Translations under genes and position numbers: made by a program
IMG/VR virus record: IMGVR_UViG_3300024502_000013
Coordinates: 9,995 to 73,994 of that record
From: a virus
Strand: one strand, 5' to 3'
DNA: 64,000 bases
Notes under the pieces: model-generated
What the model saw: only the letters and a program-made list of their open reading frames with translations
What the model was told of the DNA's origin: nothing
Databases searched by the model: none
Shown here: positions 8,839 to 14,061 of the stretch, in pieces
Position numbering within the stretch: the stretch's first letter is position 1
Layout of the letters: the number at the start of each line of letters is the position of its first letter

Positions 8839-9345
8839 ATGAATTTAAAGATTCTAAACTGTCCAGATAAGTATTTTAAACCTTATGTGACAAGGGCGGC
8901 GTTGTTTTACGCCAAGGAACTCATTCCAAACACACGGATACGCAATAACTGTTACACCACTATAAGATTTGATAGTAGAATCAAGGACTATGGTTCCTGT
9001 GGTGCGGAGGGGTATAATACAAAGAACGAACCCCGTGAATTCCTTATTGAAATACATCCTGGAATAGGCGCCAGAAGTATCTTGGAAACATTGGCGCATG
9101 AAATGGTTCATGTAAAACAGTTGATTTACCATGAAACCAACGATGACCTTTCCATGTGGAAGGGCAAGAGAGTTAATTCTGATACGCTGGATTATTGGCA
9201 TCATCCATGGGAAATTGATGCACACGGCCGTGAAACTGGCCTTTTAACCAAGTTTGCAGTTCAGGAATGTCTATGGGAAATCTTTGAAGGTTTCAAGGAT
9301 CCAAATGTACCGATAGTTTCGGTACCGATTAAGTGGAAAGCATAA
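8839..9345 (+). CDS. HExxH metallopeptidase-like protein
   Basis: LAHEMVHVKQ..PWEIDA; CTAAATA late-type box at 8810. Confidence 0.7.
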   Translation: MNLKILNCPDKYFKPYVTRAALFYAKELIPNTRIRNNCYTTIRFDSRIKDYGSCGAEGYNTKNEPREFLIEIHPGIGARSILETLAHEMVHVKQLIYHETNDDLSMWKGKRVNSDTLDYWHHPWEIDAHGRETGLLTKFAVQECLWEIFEGFKDPNVPIVSVPIKWKA

Positions 9346-9367
9346 AAAAATATTTTCAAAAAAGTTC

Positions 9368-9396
9368 TTGCCAAGGAAGCAAAACGCCTATATAAT
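9368..9396 (+). promoter_or_regulatory. sigma70 promoter of the leader peptide and tRNA island
   Basis: TTGCCA-17-TATAAT; ATG at 9403 sits at the expected start site. Confidence 0.75.
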
Positions 9397-9402
9397 AACA
9401 CT

Positions 9403-9507
9403 ATGACAAATTCAATACACAAACCTTTCAGTCAGCCAACATATCATGCAATTACATTTAATTGCGCCGATGAGTCATGGCTCTTTGGGTCTTGTGTAGG
9501 AGAATAA
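9403..9507 (+). CDS. putative attenuator leader peptide MTNSIHKPFSQPTYHAITFNCADESWLFGSCVGE
   Basis: Leaderless 34-codon ORF; its 3' part carries the antiterminator strand. Confidence 0.65.
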   Translation: MTNSIHKPFSQPTYHAITFNCADESWLFGSCVGE

Positions 9508-9573
9508 TACTAGAGTATTAAACCAAACTTCAAACATAAGACCCAACCCCTCAAAAGGTTGGGTCTTTTGTTT
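9485..9573 (+). terminator. terminator/antiterminator pair
   Basis: Terminator AAGACCCAACC/GGTTGGGTCTT plus TTGTTT; alternative 13-bp helix 9485-9497 with 9534-9546. Confidence 0.8.
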
Positions 9574-9600
9574 GGTGTTTCAAAAAAACAACACCATGTA

Positions 9601-9661
9601 TTGCCAAAATCTTTGGTTCTGGTATAATACAAAACTTGTTCTTTAAAAATTTGTAGAGTCA
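9601..9661 (+). promoter_or_regulatory. promoter with boxA-like leader (copy 1)
   Basis: TTGCCA-16-TATAAT with TGn extension, then ACTTGTTCTTTAAAAATTTGTAGAGTCA. Confidence 0.75.
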
Positions 9662-9668
9662 AATTTGT

Positions 9669-9746
9669 TCCCCGTTCGCCTAGTCTGGCCTAAGGCACTG
9701 GTCTTTGAAATCAGTATCGTTGGTTCGAATCCAACACGGGGTGCCA
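9669..9746 (+). tRNA. tRNA-Gln(TTG)
   Basis: Cloverleaf, loop CTTTGAA, CCA. Confidence 0.92.
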
Positions 9747-9868
9747 TATAAAAACACTTTGAGTGACTACAGCGGATAAACAGCAACTTGCAAATGTCGA
9801 CCAATGCAAGAACCTGCCGTGAAGTAGGGTCGCCGTGGATTCAAGTACCGCAGAGTGTTTCTATATGG
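9744..9868 (+). ncRNA. structured spacer RNA closed by an 18-bp stem
   Basis: CCATATAAAAACACTTTG / CAGAGTGTTTCTATATGG enclosing several hairpins. Confidence 0.5.
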
Positions 9869-9958
9869 AAGTGTGGCAGAGTCCGGTTTATTGCAGCAGT
9901 CTTGAAAACTGCCGGTCGTGCAAACGGCCCGTGAGTTCGAATCTCACCGCTTCCACCA
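9867..9958 (+). tRNA. tRNA-Ser(TGA)
   Basis: Long variable arm, loop CTTGAAA, CCA. Confidence 0.93.
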
Positions 9959-9962
9959 TTTT

Positions 9963-10083
9963 TAGGATACTTACAGCAAAAAATATTTCGCCTTCTAAGC
10001 GAGAGGTTGTTGGTTCGAGTCCAACTTTTTCCACTAGGGAAAAATAGCGCAATTGGTAGCGCACTAAAAAGAGTATCCTGTTG
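9963..10083 (+). ncRNA. CAGCAA-scaffold RNA A carrying a circularly permuted tRNA-Arg(TCT)
   Basis: Stem AGGATACTT/GAGTATCCT, ACAGCAA; cargo order is anticodon arm, T arm, acceptor stem, D arm. Confidence 0.8.
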
Positions 10084-10102
10084 TTTAAATTAAGGAGGAT
10101 GT

Positions 10103-10618
10103 ATGCCTAGTGTATTTCTTGTAAGTGATACGCACTTTGGTCACGCTGGCGTATGTCGCTTTATGCGTGATGATGGTGTAACAAAACTCCGTCCGTGGGA
10201 TAATCCTGACGAGATGGATGAAGAAATGGTCAAGAGGTGGAACGAAACTGTGAAGCCAAAGGACAAGGTTTACCACTTAGGTGATGTAGTGATTAACAGA
10301 AAGGCTCTGTCAATCATGCATCGTTTGAATGGTGACAAGGTTTTGATTAAGGGCAACCACGATATCTTTAAGTTAGAGGATTACACTCAACACTTTAGAG
10401 ATATCCGTGCTTACCATGTGATGGATAAAATTATGCTGAGTCACATTCCTGTGCATCCAGACAGCAAGGGTAGATTCCGTGGCAACATTCACGGACATAC
10501 TCATGCGAATAAGTTAGATGATCCATGGTATCAGTGCGTGTGTGTTGAACAAACGGACTTTAGACCAATTTTGTTTGAAGAAGTTCGTGCAAGGTTTGGA
10601 GAGTGGGCAGGACGGTAA
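10103..10618 (+). CDS. calcineurin-like metallophosphoesterase
   Basis: SDTHFGH, HLGD, GNHD, SH.P, HGHTH. Confidence 0.92.
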   Translation: MPSVFLVSDTHFGHAGVCRFMRDDGVTKLRPWDNPDEMDEEMVKRWNETVKPKDKVYHLGDVVINRKALSIMHRLNGDKVLIKGNHDIFKLEDYTQHFRDIRAYHVMDKIMLSHIPVHPDSKGRFRGNIHGHTHANKLDDPWYQCVCVEQTDFRPILFEEVRARFGEWAGR

Positions 10619-10687
10619 TGCAGCGGATTGCTAATCCGTAGACCGTTGAAAGACGGTCACAGGGTTCGACTCCCTGACTCTCCACCA
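10598..10687 (+). tRNA. tRNA-Ser(GCT)
   Basis: Long variable arm, loop TTGCTAA, CCA; overlaps the upstream CDS. Confidence 0.92.
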
Positions 10688-10688
10688 T

Positions 10689-10779
10689 GCCTCTGTAGTT
10701 TAATGGTAAAACAGCGGATTTATACCCCGTAGCGCCAGATAAGCGGCTGATAGGAGTTCGATTCTCCTCAGAGGTACCA
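10689..10779 (+). tRNA. tRNA with TAT anticodon (Ile) and long variable arm
   Basis: Acceptor GCCTCTG/CAGAGGT, loop TTTATAC, extended variable region, CCA. Confidence 0.8.
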
Positions 10780-10784
10780 ATCAT

Positions 10785-10860
10785 GTAGGTGTGACCCGAA
10801 TGGCTAGGGAAAGGATTGCAAACCCTTTTTATGCAGGTTCAAATCCTGTCACCTACTCCA
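10785..10860 (+). tRNA. tRNA-Cys(GCA)
   Basis: Loop TTGCAAA, U73, CCA. Confidence 0.92.
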
Positions 10861-10881
10861 GTTGTTTTTATACAACACTGG

Positions 10882-10941
10882 TTGACAAAGTTGCCGGTTG
10901 TGGTATAATACACACTTGTTCTTTAAAAATTTGTAGAGTCA
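10882..10941 (+). promoter_or_regulatory. promoter with boxA-like leader (copy 2)
   Basis: TTGACA-16-TATAAT with TGn extension, then a 28-bp exact repeat of 9634-9661. Confidence 0.8.
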
Positions 10942-10946
10942 TTTTT

Positions 10947-11021
10947 GCACCGTTCGTCTATCGGTTAGGACGCTGCCCTTTCAAGGCGGAAAGAGGAGTT
11001 CGATTCTCCTACGGTGTACCA
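10947..11021 (+). tRNA. tRNA-Glu(TTC)
   Basis: Cloverleaf, loop CTTTCAA, CCA. Confidence 0.93.
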
Positions 11022-11170
11022 TTTGTTTAGTGTTGTCAAGGTATCGTCATGGGACGCTTTGACTATGGGGTTGAGGGTGCGACCGGCAAGACCCCTGATA
11101 TAACTGCTACTCGCTCGTCAGTGCTAGCTACATTGTTGACAAATAGGCGGACAACACTAAACAAATGGTA
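11017..11170 (+). ncRNA. structured spacer RNA closed by a perfect 21-bp inverted repeat
   Basis: TACCATTTGTTTAGTGTTGTC / GACAACACTAAACAAATGGTA with inner hairpins. Confidence 0.55.
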
Positions 11171-11174
11171 GTAT

Positions 11175-11248
11175 GGGGGTATAACTTAGTGGCAAAGTAA
11201 CGGGCTTTTAACCCGCTAACCAGAGTTCGATTCTCTGTGCCCCTACCA
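11175..11248 (+). tRNA. tRNA-Lys(TTT)
   Basis: Loop CTTTTAA, CCA. Confidence 0.92.
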
Positions 11249-11256
11249 AAAAATTT

Positions 11257-11345
11257 GGAGCTTGTTCCCTACGGCGGACTGTAAATCCGTTACCTGAATT
11301 GTAGGGTGGTCAAGGTTAGTGGTTCGATTCCATCAGGCTCCACCA
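11257..11345 (+). tRNA. atypical tRNA-Tyr(GTA) lacking a canonical D-arm
   Basis: Acceptor GGAGCTTG/CAGGCTCC, loop CTGTAAA, TTCGATT, CCA; no D hairpin. Confidence 0.75.
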
Positions 11346-11351
11346 AATTAT

Positions 11352-11426
11352 GGTCCGTAAGTGTTCATGGACGCACGTAAGCTTGTCACGCTTAAAGAAG
11401 GGGCTCGATACCCCTACGGACCGCCA
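11352..11426 (+). tRNA. tRNA-Asp(GTC)
   Basis: Loop TTGTCAC, G73, CCA. Confidence 0.88.
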
Positions 11427-11439
11427 TATATAATTTTAT

Positions 11440-11516
11440 TCCCCAGTAGCTCAGTCGGTAGAAGCACTTGACTGTTAATCAAGGTGTCGGTGGTTCGAGC
11501 CCACCCTGGGGAGCCA
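11440..11516 (+). tRNA. tRNA-Asn(GTT)
   Basis: Loop CTGTTAA, G73, CCA. Confidence 0.95.
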
Positions 11517-11521
11517 AACAA

Positions 11522-11598
11522 CGGAGTATAGCACAGCCTGGTAGTGCGCCTGCTTTGGGAGCAGGAGGTCGTAGGTTCGAACCCTGCTACTCCGACCA
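11522..11598 (+). tRNA. tRNA-Pro(TGG)
   Basis: CGG start, loop TTTGGGA, CCA. Confidence 0.95.
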
Positions 11599-11603
11599 AA
11601 TTC

Positions 11604-11678
11604 GCCGGATTAGCTCAGTGGTAGAGCAACCGCCTTGTAAGCGGTAGGTCGTCAGTTCAATCCCGACATCCGGCACCA
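11604..11678 (+). tRNA. tRNA-Thr(TGT)
   Basis: Loop CTTGTAA, CCA. Confidence 0.95.
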
Positions 11679-11727
11679 AGACTCGCCTTGACTGACGGCG
11701 TAGAGAAGGATAAATTGTCAGTTATAT

Positions 11728-11803
11728 GGGGCCATAGCTCATCTGGGAGAGCGCCTGTTTTGCAAGCAGGAGGTGGTCGGTTCAAGTCCGACTGGTTCCA
11801 CCA
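11728..11803 (+). tRNA. tRNA-Ala(TGC)
   Basis: G3-U70 pair, loop TTTGCAA, CCA. Confidence 0.95.
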
Positions 11804-11806
11804 AGT

Positions 11807-11900
11807 TTTGCGTTAGTGTAATGGTAGCACAGGAAGTCCGAGACACCCCGGTGGAGTAGGCAACCAAATGCCAGGATGTGGTTCGATTCCACAGCGCAAT
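11807..11900 (+). ncRNA. tRNA-like RNA with D and T arms, aberrant anticodon region and no CCA
   Basis: TTGCGT/GCGCAA acceptor-like stem, GTGT-AATGGTA-GCAC, TGTGG-TTCGATT-CCACA. Confidence 0.6.
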
Positions 11901-11908
11901 TTATTTTC

Positions 11909-11983
11909 GGTGATATAGCATAGATGGATATGCACGGGTTTCATACGCCTGCAAGGTTGGATCGTTACCAACTATCACCACCA
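11909..11983 (+). tRNA. tRNA-Met(CAT), elongator-like
   Basis: GGTGATA/TATCACC, loop TTCATAC, atypical T-loop ATCGTTA, CCA. Confidence 0.82.
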
Positions 11984-11987
11984 ATTT

Positions 11988-12062
11988 CGGTCCTTAGTAA
12001 AATGAATATTACGCAGAGCTACGGACTCTGAAGTGGGAGTTTGATTCTCTCAGGACCGGCCA
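11988..12062 (+). tRNA. tRNA-Arg(ACG)
   Basis: CAGAG-CTACGGA-CTCTG, CCA. Confidence 0.88.
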
Positions 12063-12069
12063 ATTAAAT

Positions 12070-12143
12070 GCCCCGATAGCTCAATGGCAGAGCAAACGAC
12101 TGATAATCGTTAGACCCAAGTTCGATTCTTGGTCAGGGTACCA
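12070..12143 (+). tRNA. tRNA-Ile(GAT)
   Basis: Loop CTGATAA, CCA. Confidence 0.92.
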
Positions 12144-12147
12144 GTTT

Positions 12148-12213
12148 TAGGATAGTTCCAGCAACAATAAAAGCATTCAACTTGTAATTGAAAACGCAAA
12201 ACCTATCCTGTTG
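12148..12213 (+). ncRNA. CAGCAA-scaffold RNA B carrying a Thr(TGT) anticodon stem-loop
   Basis: AGGATAG/CTATCCT, CCAGCAA, TTCAA-CTTGTAA-TTGAA, CCTGTTG. Confidence 0.75.
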
Positions 12214-12218
12214 TTTAT

Positions 12219-12292
12219 GTCCCGCAAGTGTTCCGGTAGCACGAGAGTCTCCAAAACTTAAGGACGGGGTTCGATTCCCTGGCGGGGCGCCA
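12219..12292 (+). tRNA. tRNA-Trp(CCA)
   Basis: Loop CTCCAAA, G73, CCA. Confidence 0.88.
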
Positions 12293-12310
12293 TAAAAGAA
12301 AGGTGATTAT

Positions 12311-12787
12311 ATGAGAAATTTCGACGCTAATGAAGTAAAAGAATTCCTTGCAAATCAAGGACCTGATACCCGTGTATACTTGGGTGCCGACTCTGAAAGA
12401 GTAAGAGTTAATGGCGTATGGTATGCTGACTATGCTTTGGCTGTCGTTATTCACATTGATGGTCGCCATGGTTGTAAAATCTTCGGTTATGTTGACCGTG
12501 AATTAGATTACGACCACAAGAAAAGTAAACCTGCTATGCGTCTGATGACAGAAGTATATAAAGTATCTGAATTGTTTCAAGAATTACAAGAAGTGTTGGA
12601 AGATTTTCATGTTGAAGTTCATTTGGACCTAAACAAGAATGATGAATTCGGTTCTTCTTGTGTTGTGCAACAAGCGATTGGTTATATCAAAGGTACATGT
12701 AATGTTACACCAATGGTAAAACCAGATGCACCAGCTGCATCGTTTTGTGCCGACCGTTTGAAACGTATTCTTGCAGAACAGGAATAA
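12311..12787 (+). CDS. RNase H-like YkuK/DUF458 family protein
   Basis: YLGADS, RLMTEV..S, EVHLDLN, VKPDAPAASFCAD. Confidence 0.8.
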   Translation: MRNFDANEVKEFLANQGPDTRVYLGADSERVRVNGVWYADYALAVVIHIDGRHGCKIFGYVDRELDYDHKKSKPAMRLMTEVYKVSELFQELQEVLEDFHVEVHLDLNKNDEFGSSCVVQQAIGYIKGTCNVTPMVKPDAPAASFCADRLKRILAEQE

Positions 12788-12788
12788 T

Positions 12789-12863
12789 GCAGCGTTTGGT
12801 GTAATGGAAGCACACGAGTCTGTGGAACTCGTAGACACGGATCGTAACCGTAACGTCTGCCCA
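12789..12863 (+). tRNA. tRNA-His(GTG)
   Basis: G-1/C73 pair, loop CTGTGGA, CCA. Confidence 0.85.
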
Positions 12864-12873
12864 AAGGAATTTT

Positions 12874-13119
12874 ATGGAAGTAAAACATACTGTTGATACT
12901 CGTGGTGAATATTGTCCAATACCTATGATTAGCACACTCAAGGTTCTCAATCTTATTGAAATAGGAGAAAGAATTGAGGTGTATGCTTCAGATGAATTGT
13001 ATGAGAAACACCTAGGTGAATTAGTTGATGAAGGTGTTTGTAAAGTCATTCACCAAAATGAAGTAGGTTTTACCTCTCATTTTATTCTAGAAAAAACTGC
13101 ATCGTTAGCTCAGCGGTAG
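12874..13119 (+). CDS. TusA/SirA-like sulfur carrier
   Basis: VDTRGEYCPIP (CPxP), IEVYASD. Confidence 0.8.
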   Translation: MEVKHTVDTRGEYCPIPMISTLKVLNLIEIGERIEVYASDELYEKHLGELVDEGVCKVIHQNEVGFTSHFILEKTASLAQR

Positions 13120-13173
13120 AGCTGCGCCCTTACAAGGCGAAGGTCGGGAGTTCAATCCTCTCACGATGCACCA
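13099..13173 (+). tRNA. tRNA-Val(TAC)
   Basis: Loop CTTACAA, CCA; overlaps the upstream CDS. Confidence 0.93.
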
Positions 13174-13174
13174 T

Positions 13175-13250
13175 GCAACTTTAGCTGATGTGGTCATAGC
13201 GGCGGTCTGAAGAACCGTTGAACCAGGTTCGATTCCTGGAGGTTGCACCA
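13175..13250 (+). tRNA. tRNA-Phe(GAA)
   Basis: Loop CTGAAGA, CCA. Confidence 0.92.
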
Positions 13251-13252
13251 CT

Positions 13253-13326
13253 GCTCCTATAGTTTAGTGGTAAAACAAATCCATGGTAAGGATTAGATGT
13301 AAGTTCGATTCTTTCTAGGAGCACCA
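13253..13326 (+). tRNA. tRNA-Thr(GGT)
   Basis: AATCC-ATGGTAA-GGATT, CCA. Confidence 0.88.
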
Positions 13327-13481
13327 ATCTGTTTCATTTCAATTTTTTCCAATGGCTGCGCTTGCCTTGGTTCAAAAGATGGTGTAAAATCTCTTTCTGT
13401 TGTAGAGAATTTTCTTTCTATATACGGATATTGTTGTGCAATAAGCCGTAGTTCTTTTGTAGGATCGGTTTTTTTCTGCAT
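13293..13481 (-). CDS. small antisense ORF inside the tRNA array
   Basis: Fills a tRNA spacer; AATAAATA late-type box just upstream on the minus strand. Confidence 0.45.
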   Translation of the reverse strand: MQKKTDPTKELRLIAQQYPYIERKFSTTERDFTPSFEPRQAQPLEKIEMKQIGAPRKNRTYI

Positions 13482-13493
13482 CAAGTATTTATT

Positions 13494-13570
13494 GCCCCGG
13501 TGACGGAATTGGTATACGTGTTGGTCTTAGAAACCAAATTTTAGGAGTTCGACTCTCCTCTGGGGCACCA
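13494..13570 (+). tRNA. tRNA-Leu(TAG) with short variable region
   Basis: Loop CTTAGAA, Leu-type D arm, CCA. Confidence 0.9.
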
Positions 13571-13574
13571 ATAT

Positions 13575-13649
13575 CTGGCGTTAGTATAATGGATAATACA
13601 GCTGCCTTCTAAGCAGTCAATAGAGGTTCGATTCCTCTACGCCGGACCA
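13575..13649 (+). tRNA. tRNA-Arg(TCT)
   Basis: Loop CTTCTAA, CCA. Confidence 0.93.
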
Positions 13650-13652
13650 AAT

Positions 13653-13735
13653 GCGCCTATGGTGAAATTGGTAGACACAGGAGACTTAAAATCTCCCGCT
13701 TCGGCGTGCTGGTTCGATTCCGGCTAGGCGCACCA
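13653..13735 (+). tRNA. tRNA-Leu(TAA)
   Basis: Loop CTTAAAA, variable arm with UUCG loop, CCA. Confidence 0.93.
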
Positions 13736-13736
13736 C

Positions 13737-13765
13737 TTGCCAAAAGTTAAAGGATGATATATAAT
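13737..13765 (+). promoter_or_regulatory. sigma70 promoter
   Basis: TTGCCA-17-TATAAT. Confidence 0.65.
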
Positions 13766-13774
13766 ATATTCTAT

Positions 13775-13850
13775 GCGGGTATAGCTCAGTTGGTAGAGCG
13801 AAACCTTGCCAAGGTTTAGGCCATCGGTTCGAATCCGATTACCCGCTCCA
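13775..13850 (+). tRNA. tRNA-Gly(GCC)
   Basis: Loop TTGCCAA, U73, CCA. Confidence 0.95.
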
Positions 13851-13857
13851 ATAAAGC

Positions 13858-13886
13858 TTGACTCTACAAATTTTTTGTGTTATAAT
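13858..13886 (+). promoter_or_regulatory. promoter for scaffold RNAs C/D and the TROVE-like gene, containing the reverse complement of the boxA leader
   Basis: TTGACT-17-TATAAT; TGACTCTACAAATTTTT is the reverse complement of AAAAATTTGTAGAGTCA. Confidence 0.75.
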
Positions 13887-13904
13887 CAAGTTTGGAAAAT
13901 TTTT

Positions 13905-14057
13905 TAGGTAAGGTTCAGCAAGAACGTCTAAAGTGAAAGTTGGTAAACTATGGTAAACATTGGAGCTTGACGGCTTTGAAGGTGTTTATTGAAATAGAAC
14001 TAACAAGGAGAGTTTCGATTTCTCTCTGTAATCAAAAAGTAGGAAACTTACCTGTTG
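13905..14057 (+). ncRNA. CAGCAA-scaffold RNA C with a long structured cargo including a T-arm-like hairpin
   Basis: AGGTAAG/CTTACCT, TTCAGCAA, GAGAG-T-TTCGATT-T-CTCTC, CCTGTTG. Confidence 0.7.
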
Positions 14058-14061
14058 TTTT

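Noticed and set aside
9835-11599. ORF-track entries overlapping tRNAs (9835-10047, 10560-10784, 10791-11030, 11414-11599)
   Set aside because: They are translations of tRNA genes or their antisense, with no RBS support.
11679-11727. tRNA-associated HDV-like (theta) or hammerhead ribozyme
   Set aside because: I could not map the nested double pseudoknot or a CUGAnGA/GAAA core; only a simple pseudoknot is supported.
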